A stretch of DNA of 64,000 nucleotides from Antedon mediterranea (lineage: Eukaryota; Animalia; Echinodermata), in NCBI RefSeq assembly GCF_964355755.1, contig NC_092671.1, positions 5,828,001-5,892,000 on the forward strand, written 5' to 3'. Below, one piece after another: positions 13,901 to 27,249 of this stretch; the first letter of the stretch is position 1, and the number at the start of each line of letters is the position of its first letter. A model generated the notes under the pieces. The model did not search any database. It worked only from the letters and a program-made list of their open reading frames with translations, and was not told where the DNA came from. Both the position numbers and the translations under genes were made by a program.

Positions 13901-16900
13901 ACAGTCTATTCAAGGTGTGCTGAATATGCGCTTATATATGTACACATTTAAATTTTATAACATTTCTTAATGATATTTTATTACTACTTTTAGAAAAAGA
14001 GGCACATGAAGCAGTGTTGGCACGGTTGTCATACACCGCTAGCTTACGTGCTCAGCAAGAAGAAGAAGCCAGACTTAATAGTAAATTAACTGTACCACAA
14101 GTTGCCAAAGTCAGTCTTATGTTTTGTTTAGTGGTAAGTTTTTGTTTTTTCTTGTTGTCTTGTTTTTTCAATGTTGACATTTGATTTTGACCAAATGAAT
14201 AAATAAAAAAAGTTGATAGGTTATTGATTATTGTTCTGTTGATGAAAACTGATTCTTGAAGCAAGTTGCTTAAATTTAAGACTGTATTGTTATTAAATGT
14301 TGGTGGTATTAAACCGTAACAAAAACCAGCTGATTTTACAATCATTCTGGAAATTGCCTTATTATGGAATGTCTTCTTTTTATTTTAGTGGTTTCTGGGT
14401 AATTTATCGTACCAAGAGGCCATTGATGATACGCAGGTGGCTGTTGTACAGGTGTTTTCATCAACCTCAGGTGAGAACAAATTAATAAAATCTCTCGAAT
14501 GTAACTTCAACAAGAGTTGGTTGAAAATACTAGGGAGGATCAGACGGCATGGAAAGGAACTGTCCACCCTACCACATAATGCTAAGGCTTAGTACAATGA
14601 GCTCCTAACAGCTCTGCTCATTCCCCTATGTTCAGAATGAACACAGGACCTTCACTCCTTTTTTTATTAGATTTCAAAACTTTACAGTGTATATGATAAC
14701 CTCATTGTATTTATACTTCCTTAGGTTTATTCACTTTGATTTTAGCTGCTATTTTCCCCAGTTCAAGTGGTGATAGGTTTACAATATCAAAATTATTTGC
14801 AGTTTTATTAAGGTAAGTACTTTTATAATTCCCATCTAAATAAAGTTTTATAAAGAATGTAGAATTTGGGTAAAGTCAAATTCCTGAACATAGAGTCTAG
14901 AACGTGATATTTCTCAAGCCGTAAGATCCATGACTACAGTAAGGTCGGAAATTTGTTAATTTAAAATAATACTTTTTGTGTTTATCCACATCAATGCTGA
15001 TCTTCCTGACAATTCATAGCCGATGTCATTGGTTTTATCAAGTTAGTGTGTAGGAACCTACTTTACAGTAGTTTAAACTACAACATTCTCTGGATGCCAA
15101 TCATGTCTCAAAAAGAAATGATGATGGTGGTTTGTGGTAAAGTTCCCACCTGAGGGCATAGTTCATAAACTATACCATTTGTGGAAAGGGGTATTCAATG
15201 AAAATGTCTACTTTTCGAGTTATATCTCGCTCTTGGAGAAGAAAGGGCTATTATTGGTTTATCCAGGTAAAGCTAGCACTCGTAGACTACCAACACCACT
15301 GTTGGTTTGTGTAATTTATACTTTTGTTTTGTTTTAGCCTTGGTGGGATTACTTTAATCAGCCTGTCAGGGAATGGGGCAACTCATGAACACTTCAAACT
15401 AGGCTCACTATGGGCACTGTGTGGTGCAGTCTTGTATGCTATCTACATGGTAATGCTAAAGAAAAAAGTTGATAATGAAGATAGAATCGATATCCCTATG
15501 TTTTTTGGTGAGTTATATAAACCTGCTATATATAAACCATTTATTATTTAAAAGCCAATTTTTTTATGATACTTACATGATTTTATTAAATATGGAAGTT
15601 CATTTCATCAAAAGGAAGCAGTTTTTCTGAAAATCTTTAGTCCTTGATTACAATCTAAAAATATTTAGGCAAATTCCCAAGGATAATATAAGCGAATTCA
15701 TTCACTATCCTTCTTAAAGGTGGCAATCCTATTCACAAGACAAACATATACACAAGATGCTCTACATAAACAAAGTCTTACTACAAGTCTTTGAGAGTGG
15801 AGTTATAATTTGTCATTTGTTATTAGAAAAAATCCTAACATGACAGGACTCGAACCCAATACCCTTTGATTGGTAGCCAAGCATCATAACTACCAAGCCA
15901 CAACTCCACTACTATCGTATTATGTACGGCAATCTACACTATTCCCTTTAGGAATAATTTGGTAATCATGCTGCAGTAGGTCTATTGTATATCCAGCAAA
16001 CAACTGGCACTTAAATAATGATAACACCGCTAATGTTTAACATCTTTTTTTTCCTATTAAGGATTTGTTGGTCTTTTTAATTTTCTGATAATTTGGCCTG
16101 GATTTTTTCTAATGAGTAATCTTCACCTTGAGTTGTTTGAGCTACCTTCTAGAAAAGTGTGGTGTTATATACTTGTCAACGGTTTAATTGGTACCGTCTT
16201 GTCAGAATTCCTGTGGTTGTGGTAAGTGGTAATTTTTATTCGTTTTTTTTTTCTTAATATAACAGATAAACATACAATTATACAAAGCCAAACATTGCTA
16301 TTATTATTGTCAATACCTGTAGAGAAATATAAGTAAGCAAAAAGATGCAAAGACCAGGCTAATAGAAAATAAAGAATTACATTTAAAAGGCTTTGAAAAA
16401 AACAAAATCTTCAATATAATTTATCAATAAATATTTCAATCAATCAAAATAACATTTATTTCATTTTTTTTTTTCTTTATTCATTCAAATTCTCACTAAA
16501 ATGTACATACAAAAAAGAAAAAGACAAAACATATAAAGAACAGTGTACATTCATTGAAGGATGGGACAAACAGGTGGTAAACACCTCTAGAACGGTCCAA
16601 TCACAAATTGCACAATGAGTAATGAAAAGATTTATAACATAATAATAAATATTTAAATATAATAGTAATTTATAAAATTTTAGATTAAACTTAAGTTGGC
16701 CGACATTTACAGCAGCGACAACAGGACACCCATGTGCACATATTGCCTGTTTCATACGTATTGGTAAATAAGTCGTTAAAATATTTCTTAGCCCCTAGCT
16801 TAAACCTGCAAGACGTAGGTGCTTCTCTAGTATCTTGATCTAGCTGATTCCACATGGGAACAATGCGTTGGAAATACATCAATTTATGTGATTCAGTATA

Positions 16901-19900
16901 ACAATTTCTGACAGTAAGATTGAGGTCATCAACAGATGATCTTGTTGCACGGCCATTATTGTCTCCGGAAAATGTAACGATTGTCTCCGGAAATTCATAA
17001 ACAAACATAAATAAACTTTAGCTTTATCACCTCCTTTTCTGTACATTCCGTTCATTTTGATACCCCATGTGTATTGATGTGTGCAATAGGAAATGTTTAT
17101 ATAATGAACAGATGTACAAACTCTCTTATTTATAATATTTATTTGAAATATTTATTTGAAAGTTGGTTTTTCAATTTCAAGAATTAATAACAAGGGGTTA
17201 TCCGCCAAGTGCGGATAACCAATTAATCTTGAGAAAATGCAGTTTGGTGTTTTTATCTGTTTTTTCATAGCACTGTGTATTTCAGTGATATTAAAATGTG
17301 TTGACGATTAGTGAAGAATTTTAACGGTTCAATTAAGCCCTATTTAACATGCCACAGTAAATTTATTCTTCATTAATCAACATGATGAAGAAACAATCTT
17401 GATAAGTTTAGATTAAGAAGATGGCAAATAAAAAGAATTGTGATATTGTCCAGTTAGACACGCATACATCCTGCCTATGTGTGCTAAGCTAGTCTAGGGT
17501 ATCTTGCACCAGCTGTGAGGGGGTGAAGGAAGCACTCATTAGCCCCCTTATCTCTGTCTCCAGATTACTCTCATCAAACTACTTGGCTAAAGACTGTTGG
17601 CAGGTTAATATTAAAATAGTTTATTACCACTGTACATACTATATTAAAAGGAATAAAATATGCTTTCATGACAGATATATTACATACAGTCACAAATATA
17701 CATTCAAAAAATTCAATTTAATATTGTCAAGCAAGCAATATTAAATTGTCAAGCAATATTAAATTTGAACATTCTTTAAATTTGCATAAAGCTCTGTCTA
17801 CACTATCAAACTTTATGTGACAAAAAATGTGATGTGCCCATATATGGACATGATGATGTCATATCACTACCATATTTGGGCATACCACTACCATATTTGG
17901 GCACACTTTTTTGTCTAAATAGTTTGATGGGTACAGTGTGCAGAGCTTTACTGTACACAGATTTTTTAAGCAGTTTTTGCATGAATTGAATAGTTTCAAT
18001 ATTATACCCAATGTGTAGTCCTATGTTCGAGTATAATCCCACCCCCTATTTCAGGCTTAATTTAAACACAAAGAATTATATATAAATACCACCCCTTAAA
18101 TTTCTCAAAATGTCATAACCAGAGCCCCTGGGACTGTAACTCAACCATATATGGTAATAGTATAATACTGTTTCCGTATAAAACTATTATTTTCCAGAAT
18201 ACAATTGGTAAAAAAAACAGCATGTGGCCTCTTAAGTTTTATGATGGTGACTTGAAAGAAATATTAAGATTACAGATACCATGCTTTAAGGTCTTTAACC
18301 TAAATACAGCCGTGACCACATTGTCACGCTTTAGTAGCTTTTAAATGTCAACATATCACAACTCATCATGCCATTTCGCATTTCATCATACCAAATTATT
18401 TTCAGATGGGGTACTGTAACGCTTCCAGCAGGATGACATTGTCTCTGGTCATTTTATCCAATAGGAGTCTGTATGGACAAGCAGTCCCATGGGGAATATC
18501 TGGGGCAAATGTTTCAAGCAACAATTAATTTGTTCTGAGCCCTAAGTTATATTAGAGAGATTCAGATTTGCAACAACTTAGGACGTCTAACTTATGCAAT
18601 TTATACATCATTGTTGAGATTAAGAAATTAAGATTTTGATATAACCATGGAGGTATATACCGCCATGATATAACAACCATACACCCAAATAAGGTTTAAA
18701 TACACATGTTTGTGGTACAAAATGCAAAATTTTAACTTGACGAGAATTACAGAAACAAACTCAAATGCATGCACACCGTAAATTAAAATGTCATCAATCA
18801 AATCTCTGAGGATTATCTTATGATCTATCATCAAGGTCACTAAAAATGTGTTAAGCACAAATTACAGCCATAAGTAAATGAAAATCGAAGATCCTTTCTA
18901 CGCCATTACTACAATACAGTGAGGAGATATATCCTCATCGAGTATGGCCATGTACAATAAATGATGTAATAAAGATAAGATGACCTTTTCTCATGGAAAT
19001 GAAAGTGGTTTTATATCTTTGGTCCACAGTTAATAGGTAACCTTTAATACTTGTTTCATCTTCATAAAAATCTTATTTTTATCCACATTTGAATAAAAAT
19101 GTAATTTGTCTATTGTGTGATCTTAGTTGTATTGATCAAGAACATGTGATAGAAACACTATCATATGTTGACAGCTGGTCCAGGAATTGAAACATTATCA
19201 GCAGTTGTGTTCTCTAATACTGTAACTAGAATCCTTATAGTATTAGAGGAAACCTTATGCACCCAACAAATTGTCCCCTTAATAAGAGTGTCCCCTGAAT
19301 AAGAGTTGCTGTAGTAGTGTCCATATATTGCCACTCTTCCTTTCACAGTAAAGTTTTTAATAAGAGTTTCCCTTGAATAATGGGTGTCCAAAAGAAGGGC
19401 TTCTACTGTACTTATTTACCTAGAGCATATAGAAGTGGTCTATGTTTTTAAACATAGTCTTAATTGGAGTGGTCCATAATTGGAGAAAGACCTGTGTCAT
19501 TTCATAAACCACTTTCTGTTTATGCAAGCAGTTACTGTAGTAAACATCTATTAAAGAAATGACCCACATTTAACCTATCGTAGTCCTTAAGTAAATATCA
19601 ATAATTGTATAAAGTGTAAGAATACACCGATTACATATTATCAGCTCCATGGTCACAATATAACCAATCAATTGAATGTGTGCCATATACTTAACATGCT
19701 CACTTGTATTCTGTTTCATCAGTGAGCTGTGCCTCCTTGCTTTTGTTGGTTTACTTTACAATATTTTCTTATCTTTTCATACTGTTTGCTTTGTGTAATT
19801 TTCTCATGGGCTTATCGTATTATGTAGTTGTTGACTTCTTTTAGTGTTGACTAGTTTCTCTATCTCCATTCAGTTCAGTAACATTTATTTGGTGTTCAGT

Positions 19901-22900
19901 ATTCAGTATTGGTTTTTTATATATATATATATTTTTTTTTGTCATATGCATCCAACAGCGAGTAACTCACCAATTACAGAATGGATAAACTATTTTATAA
20001 TTTATCTTGCATATAAACTAGGGATGTAGCCAAAAAAGTTGTGTGTTACAATCCTGGCATTAGGTCAAGATTGAACCCTGGACCTTGGGATTGGAAGGCG
20101 AGCATGTTAACCACCAAGGTACAGCTCCACAACGAGGGAGTTTAGTCATGAAACGTATCACAATATTAGATACATCTGGATCTGGTATTACATCTGATCT
20201 GGATCTGGTACTGTATTAACACCATCATATAGGCTATCACATCATCATCAAACAGACTTTCATCATCCTGTTGTTGGAAGCATAAAGAACCAACGCAAAC
20301 AATGAAAAAAAAAAAGATTTAGAAATTATTTACATTTGTTTAAAAACATTTTTAGGTTTCATACAAGCAATTTCTAACCAACTAACAATCTTATTTGTTT
20401 TCGAAAAAGGATATGTTTTGCCTGAGTGCACTATTAAAATCAAAAGGCTGTACTGTATTGTAAATGATTTTAAAATTGAAAGTGCTTTAGATTTTGATCT
20501 TTGATTATGTCTTTATTTTGATACTTTTACGTCACATCACACAAAGCTTTACGTGAACAATGTATTACCACAGTGTTGTGTGTAGGCGTTATAATGATAC
20601 TGTCAGCTGAGAAGAACGTGTTTTAGTCTTTATATCATTTATTTCCTTGTGAGTGTATTATTTTTCAGACTGAATCTGACAAGGTTGTTAACTATTGTTA
20701 ACTAAAAAGAAATTATACATTATATAATGCCCATGTCTGCTGAATGCTGTGTATCATGTGTATATTGTGAATTTGTCTTTTGTATTTTTCACGTACACAC
20801 AATTTACTATGTTTTTGTTGGAAATAATGAGTGTTTTCAAAGTCAAAGTCATTTTGAAAACATTTTCTTTAAAAAATGCTACCAGTACTCAATATACTTA
20901 AGATCTATCGAGTGCATTTCCAAGTTTTTCAAGTAGGGTTAAAGTAGTCCCAGTAGTCCATATTTGCTGTGGGCTGCACCTGACATCAAGGGACGTCAAC
21001 GGGAGTCAACGGGAATCAAAGAGCCATAGACATCTCCAAAGGGATTTCTGACTTCATACTTATATTTCATTAGAATCGCTTGTTTTTAAGATTAAAATGT
21101 GCAAAACTCAAGAATTATGTGACTCTGAACAGAATCACAAGTTGTTTTCTGTTGCACTCAAACCGACAATCCCTGGATTTTACCAGCCTTAAATCATATC
21201 TTTATCATAATATTGATATAACATATATCATTTGACCTTTATGTAAAATGTTTATAAAATACATATAATTAAGGGGAAAGCCCTTACATCTGAGATTGCA
21301 ACACAAGTGTTTGATAAAAATTGATTGCTCGCCTAAATTTTGAGCACTGTGTTACATTGATTGAAATATCTTCACTAAAGCTAGGACAAAGACGCGACAC
21401 AAGCGGGTTGACCAACGACAGTTCGAATAATCCATCATCACTTGGGATTGGTCAACTCACTTACGTTGTGTTACGTCCTTGTGTATGGTCTATAGTGGGA
21501 ACCAAGCATTATGTTGGATACATGTACCTCAACTTTATATGAAAAGTTGTACTAATGGAAACATAACATGTGAAAATCATTTTATTACAATTTTACCATA
21601 AAAATACTTTTCTACCAGTTTTTATATTTTCTGCTCATAATATCATCAGATATCGTTAAAATCATCATCAGTTAATTAGCAAACTTCATTAATTACTATC
21701 ATGCCGTAATAATCTAATCTTGTTGCTATTTTTGTCTCGTAATCAGGGGCTGCTTCCTGACGTCTTCTCTCATCGCTACGCTCTCGTTGAGTTTAACAAT
21801 TCCGTTATCTGTAATTGCTGATATTATTCTCAATGATGTAAGATCTATTTTCAGTTTTATTGACAGAAATTTTGCTTTATTATGAAAGTGAGACAGTTTT
21901 CTATTTGGTTTCATAATAATTATGTTACTTTAATTTATAGTTATTTGAAATAAGGTTATTTAATCTGCAGTTGATTAATCAAATGTGTTTTTATTATTTA
22001 AATTATATTTTAGTTATATTGGTATTAGTCAAGTATTAACAATTAATTGTACTAAAATCATTTCACCTTTATAATTTTTGTCATTATTAAAATGAATTAT
22101 TCAGTTGTTTTGAAGCATATTGCTTAAAACCTAGTAACATTAAATTGAACATGGAAACGTTGATCATTTTATGCTATACCGATACACACCCCAATCTTGC
22201 TTGTATTTTGTATTTTAAACAACGTATTTTATCTGTATTTTAACCAATTTTAACCTCATTCTTGTATTTTTATGTAGCTTTTTAACTTTGAACAAACAAA
22301 AATAATTGTACTGTATTTTACTGTGTTTGACCATGAATAAATAAAATATAAACATTTTGAATTCTTTTTCTATCTGTAGGTTGAGTTTAGTTGGATGTTC
22401 TTTGCTGGTGCTGGCCCTGTCTTCCTCTCATTCATAGCTGTTAGCATTTTAAATCATTACAATGACTGGGATCCAATAATGGTTGGCATCTGTAAATTGT
22501 TTTCTGGTATAAAAACCCTAGGTAGTGCAATATTTAAAAAGCGATCTGAGATAAGGTGAGTGGATTTTATTGTCTTGCTAAAGGAGATCCCAATGAAAAT
22601 AAGTTTTTTCTGAAACTTTCTTGGGGTATCCTCAGTTCATTCAATATTGTTTTCTTGTACCTTTTCTTTTTTTTTAAATGTTTGTCTATTTGTAAAATGA
22701 AATGAAATGAAATGAAAGCCATAGTAATTAACACTACAAGTATTAACAAACTATACATAACTATAAAGATTATATTGTGTATGATTACACTAAAAATTAT
22801 AATAGTTTGTGAAGCACAATATAAAACGATATCTAGATTTAGGTTAAACATATCTCCATCCTTTTACCTTTACACACTCACCATTGTCTAGTGGATGGGT

Positions 22901-23311
22901 CCTGATGTTTAGATTGAAATTCTCCCATAGCTAATTTGTTTTACTTTTTATGGCCTGTCTTTCCATGTTTTTGGGTGTCCATAAAACCATCTTTGCTCAC
23001 AGTAAAAATGTACAATTACTTTTTTTCTGTATATGTATCACAAGTTAAAATAAAACTTGGTTACTTCATGGTATTCACTACAAATTGTTGTTGTATGCTA
23101 GCAGGGCTAACACTCGTCAGGTCAAAAGTACAACCATAACGGACACATCTCTACAGGATTACATAACATGTATGGGCAGGAAGTTGGATTGTTTATTTTT
23201 TTATTATATATTTGTTTACGCTTTAGGACACCTGAAGACAGGGAGCAAAAGGAGAGTTTAATATCCATCCACAACGTTGAAAATGATGGTGAATCCAAGC
23301 AAGGGTCATAG
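7903..23311 (+). CDS. SLC35F5: Solute carrier family 35 member F5 (DMT/EamA-like membrane transporter), 479 aa
   Basis: Exons 7903-8007, 9091-9240, 9487-9543, 12863-12950, 13427-13474, 13994-14133, 14389-14470, 14725-14812, 15338-15507, 16062-16221, 21747-21837, 22380-22555, 23227-23311. All junctions are GT-AG, total 1440 nt in frame. Recognisable motifs: [110 protein letters not shown]. Confidence 0.95.
8170..8241 (-). tRNA. tRNA-like cloverleaf, anticodon ATC (Asp-like), within a repeat element; probably not a canonical tRNA gene
   Basis: Minus strand GCCCCAG TG GTCT AATGGTTA GGAC A TCTGC ATATCGA GCAGG CGGT CCGAG TTCGAGT CTCGG TTGGGGC G (72 nt). All four stems pair, A and B boxes are present, and it is followed by ACTTTTT (Pol III terminator-like). 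Confidence 0.6.
8536..8607 (-). tRNA. Second copy of the tRNA-like cloverleaf (CpG-decayed)
   Basis: Identical to 8170-8241 at an offset of 366 bp except anticodon loop ATATCAA and T-loop TTTGAAT. Confidence 0.5.
9261..9342. mobile_element. PIF/Harbinger-type MITE family A (internally deleted)
   Basis: Family TIR AGCTCTGTCTACACTATCAAAC...GTTTGATAGTGTAGACAGAGCT with TWA flanks and an internal CATATCACTACCATATTTGG unit. Confidence 0.75.
10953..10990 (+). mobile_element. Helitron/Helentron-like 3' terminal hairpin
   Basis: CTAGAGGG-GGAGCGAGCGAAGCGAGCTC-ACCCTCTAG-T forms a GC-rich hairpin ending in CTAGT, typical of rolling-circle element ends. The 5' boundary is not resolved. Confidence 0.45.
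10991..12740. repeat. Minisatellite, 18/20-bp unit ATTATTTAAATTCCCCAT(AT), ~1.75 kb, SLC35F5 intron 3
   Basis: Directly visible tandem array with variants TTTCAATT and CCCCAC, degenerate at the left end. Confidence 0.97.
13010..13190 (+). mobile_element. SINE-like repeat fragment (copy 1)
   Basis: GTTGAAAATACTAGGGA...CCACCCTACCACATAATGCT...GCTCATTCC...ATGAATACAGGAC is shared with 14519-14660. Confidence 0.55.
14519..14660 (+). mobile_element. SINE-like repeat fragment (copy 2)
   Basis: Same blocks as 13070-13190. Confidence 0.55.
15835..15912 (-). mobile_element. tRNA-derived SINE head (degenerate)
   Basis: Minus strand GGAGTTGTGGCTTGGTAGTT...GGGTTCGAGTCCTG has A/B-box-like motifs. A related copy is at 20055-20130. 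Confidence 0.55.
16460..17010 (-). mobile_element. 3' end of a non-LTR retrotransposon (CR1/L2-group LINE) ORF2 plus 3' UTR
   Basis: ORF 16691-17008 contains TRSS...[12 protein letters not shown]...FK, the typical C-terminal motif of CR1/L2-clade RTs, and a Cys-rich end ([13 protein letters not shown]). An A-rich tail follows on the minus strand (~16460-16480). Confidence 0.7.
17790..17947. mobile_element. Harbinger-type MITE family A
   Basis: Family A TIRs and internal CATATCACTACCATATTTGG repeats. Confidence 0.8.
18200..20290 (-). pseudogene. Possible heavily decayed ankyrin-repeat/SOCS-box-like gene nested antisense in SLC35F5 intron 10
   Basis: Frameshifted minus-strand fragments only: AC..YG.HIQLIGY..CDHGAD (~19640-19700), ACI..TGLSPI (~19475-19535), KTLKH..CNLNI..IIKLKRP (~18225-18300). 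No intact ORF. Confidence 0.3.
20055..20130 (-). mobile_element. tRNA-derived SINE head (degenerate)
   Basis: Minus strand GGAGCTGTACCTTGGTGGTTAAC...CCAATC...GGGTTCAATC, same family as 15835-15912. Confidence 0.5.
21380..21508. mobile_element. Family-B Harbinger-type MITE, partial
   Basis: ...TTGGTCAACTCACTTACGTTGTGTTACGTCCTTG...TAGTGGGAACCAAGC. Confidence 0.65.
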
Positions 23312-24254
23312 GTCAGTATACAAATCCAGAATTCCGTTCAATAAAACGTGTCAAGTGAAGAAGAAACACATCTTGGGGGCAGGATGTTCGACGGAGGATC
23401 TTTGATGGAGTCGAAAGATAATCTTTGCTGTCAAAGGTCAAAAGATGATCATTAGCAGATATTCTTTAGAATAAACATGAAAATAAAAGCTGTTGCTGTC
23501 AAGATAGTCATTGACTTACCAAGAACAGCAATATGTTTGTAATTAATCAGTAATGTCTTAATGTTTGGTGTATTCGTCTTTAAAAAAATCAATTTGATCT
23601 TAAGCTATTAACGTCTCTCATCATGTGGCCTTGGTGAATGTTTTAATAACAGAAAACGACAACTTAATTTTCACTTTAAAATTTTATATTATGTACAGTA
23701 CAGTGCTTGAATGTAGGTTGTGATTGGTTTGCGCCAATGCAAGTAATTGGCCTATCATAAGTAAGGCAGGAAGGCTCCTCTCTTACGATAGGTGGAATAA
23801 CTTTGTGAAAATGTTTAGCTACAAGTAACCAAGTTTAGGGGATATGACAAATGTCAAAAAGATTGTGTCCACTTTAATACCATGAGGATCAAAGTGGAGC
23901 CTCTTGTTTAAAAAACGTTGTTTTTTTTTAAATTTTTGTTGTCAACATTGTTTCTTCAAATAAGGTAGATATTTTAAGCCAACAACTACCTGATGAAAAA
24001 ACTTGTCCAAGCGATGTATACATACTTACGTACACAAAGGTTTAGGTCATAGTTCATTGCAACTAATTCATGACATTCCAAACGTAACTTTAAGTGGGAC
24101 AATTTACATGTTAATGTTGACCTAAATATATCTAAACTAAATATGATAACATTTACGACGACAACTTATCGTTAAAATGTGCATTCGGCATATTAATTGA
24201 TAAGGATAATCAATTTCAATGTGAAATAAATTTATTTTAAGACAAACATCCTTA

Positions 24255-24400
24255 AGCTTTTGTCTACACTATCAAACTAGTTTAACAAAAAGAGTGATGT
24301 GCCAAAATATGGTAGTGATATGCCCAAATATGGTACACCGTACAGTACATCATCATTTCCATACATGGGCACATCACATTTTGATAGTGTAGACAGGGCT
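24255..24400. mobile_element. Harbinger-type MITE family A
   Basis: Family A TIRs, opposite orientation. Confidence 0.75.
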
Positions 24401-26427
24401 TTATAATGTGTAACACTCGTTCATGTGTTGTTGCCATTTAAAAAGACATATCCACCTCAAATTTATACAAAAAATAAATTAACGTTTAATTGACAGTATA
24501 GCAAAATGAGTCATTGTTTACGTTATTAATACCAATAATGCATTTTAATATTATGACTCATTTTTAGAAATATGTTATATTTAAATTCTGCTAAATCGAC
24601 AACATTAATAAAGTTTAAGGACATTTAGTTTTAAAATTAAAGGTTGCTTTAATGGTATTTTAACATTGTTGCCAGCACTGTACAATAGTTGGTTTATTGG
24701 GCACGCATTTTAACCCGCTGTTTTCAAAAAGACTACTTATTGTGTAGAGGTACAGGTACATGATGTCAGCACAATTACAAGCACACTTTTTATCCCGCTG
24801 TTTCAAAACTTTTTGTTCGGTGGTGCAGGAACATGATATTTAAAAGGCTGAAATGTACAGAAATAAATGCAAAATATTAAATAATTGTGTAAAATTAACA
24901 TTAATAATTTGTAAAACACATAACTACCTTTCAATGGAAAGAATTCCATAGGTTAATCATTTATGGTCTTTTTTTTTTTTTTCACGTCCATTTGGTTTAC
25001 CAAGTAAGAGTGAAATTACAATTACAATTAATAATTTTACTCTTCCCTTGGTTTGCACACTATAATTGTGAGCTTTACAATATAGTTGCATGAATGAATG
25101 AAAAATGTGTTTACTTTGGAATGTATATTTCGTTTTCTACAAACATGTAATTTTCTAAAATCATTTTTTGCTGCATCTATATACAAATCAAATAATGTAA
25201 TCAATAATATTATTACCGATGTCAATTTATTATTTTATATCATTTTATCTATGTGAAAATAAAATGTATTAGTTCAATAGATATAGCATTTTCAATCGGC
25301 TTTATTCAAAGGTTCTTTATTTAAATTTGTTTACAGTTTTTTTTCCACAAAATTTAAAATACGTTCATAATATTTCGCATCAATTTTGATAATTTATTTA
25401 CAACTATTTTCTTACCATGTATTACCAAGATATTAATATTCATTTTATTGTTCGTTCAATCAATTCATGAATATTCATGAGAACATTTGCATTCTTCCGT
25501 ATAATTGCAATTGTAAATATAAAAAATAAAAGGTATTAATGGTATTTTGTAAATAATATATTTATTAAACTAATTATCTTCACTTTGTATATAAAATGTA
25601 ACAAAATGGCATCGGGTGAGAAGGATGAAATAAAGTCAAGTAAAGTCCTTAAATAGGGTGTAAGTTTGTTTATTTTTATGTGTTTTTTAGTTCATTTAAT
25701 AATAATAATATTTATTTGATCACAATTGAAAAATAACCAGAATTGCTAAAGCCCAAATAGATTCTGCACTTAATACTCTATACAATACAAATAAAACGTT
25801 AGAGTAATTATAGTTAATTATAAGAACAAAACTGTCATAATTGTTAGTATATTATTAGGCCTATTATTATGAAATATTTTTGTTGTGTGTGTGACAATTT
25901 ATCAAAGTCCTTTCAACTTGATTTGTCCCAAAACCAAACTAAAGTACAATGAACAATTACAATATAAAAAGCAGTACAAACTATATTTAAAATAAACTAA
26001 ACTTCTCAGAATTAATTACATTAATTTAAAAAGCCTTAAAAGAAATAATCATATACAAGTCTTCTGTATTCTAAAATACAATAACAAAAATGCAAATACA
26101 TGAATCTCCCTGAATAAAAAAAATCGTTATGCAGTATGTATGTCCTCCAAAAGAAATTTGTCGCGTTGTTAAATAATCACTTTTATGCAATATGTTGAGT
26201 TTAGTCATTTAAAAAACTTTCTGACCGTGTCTCTCATCGCTGAGGTCAACGACAGGTCACCAGTCGATCTAATTAGAATACATTATGCTTGGAATGTTAT
26301 AAACACCACCTGTACTGTAATACGGGTAACTGGTAGCTGCATACTCATGTCAGAGAAATACCCGATGACAAACCAATTATTGCTTCTTCCGTTTTCTAAA
26401 TAAGCATCACGTTGAATGATAAACTAA

Positions 26428-26596
26428 AGCTCTGTCTACACTATCAAACATTATGTGACAACAAAAATGTGATGTGCCCATATATGGACATGATGACATC
26501 ATATCACTACCATATTTAAGCATATCACTACCATATTTCGGAATATCACTACCATAGTTGGGCACATCACACATGTTTGATAGTGTAGACAGTGCT
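26428..26596. mobile_element. Harbinger-type MITE family A
   Basis: Family A TIRs with three internal ~21-bp units. Confidence 0.8.
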
Positions 26597-26862
26597 TCAG
26601 GCGACATAAGCTTTCTAATACTTGCTTTTATCATTCAACACATGCATAGATAAGTAGGCCTATGCGATCTGTTTTATTTTTAAATATTTCACTTCTATTG
26701 GTTTCTTTTCTCCAAACAAGCTAGGCCTACTTCATAAAAAAATTATATTGTTCACGCGAAAAGTTTTCTAGGTTTTCCGACATTTTTTCGGAAATCACTA
26801 ATAAGCCAGTCGCATACATTATTACTTATTTAGTGAAGTACTGTATGCCTGAATTTCCATAA

Positions 26863-27043
26863 AGCTCTGTCTACACTATCAAACAACAACTCCCTGATCA
26901 AACTAGTTTGACAAAAAATGTGTGATGTGCCAAAATAATGATAGTGATATGCACAAATATGGTAGTGATACGACATCATCATGTCCATATATGGGCACAT
27001 CACACGTTTTTGTCACATAAAGTTTGATAGTGTAGACAGAGCT
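26863..27043. mobile_element. Harbinger-type MITE family A
   Basis: Family A TIRs with TAA flanks. Confidence 0.8.
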
Positions 27044-27249
27044 TAACGCTTCCACATGAAATTATAAATTATATTTTTCTGCAAATTATTTGAACAACAT
27101 TTATTCATGCTTACTCTCCACCAAAATTAATTTTTAATGTAAATTATGTGACTTTTCGTTGTGTTTGAAAATCAACATTTCATTTTTTTTTTTTTTTTTC
27201 ATTGTAAGGCCTATATTTTTGTTTTATGTTTTTTTTTTAAATATTTAAT

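Noticed and set aside
15118-15155. C/D snoRNA candidate (ATGATGA...CTGA) in an SLC35F5 intron
   Set aside because: The boxes are too close together, and no terminal stem or recognisable rRNA guide was seen.
17564-17603. Possible poison cassette exon in SLC35F5 intron 10
   Set aside because: The acceptor is good but the donor is weak (GTTAAT), and there is no other support without RNA data.
25607-25655. Short ORF MASGEKDEIKSSKVLK* followed by a GTAAGT donor
   Set aside because: It stops before the donor. CAAAATGGC is better read as a YY1-like or leader motif, and it cannot be supported as a CDS.
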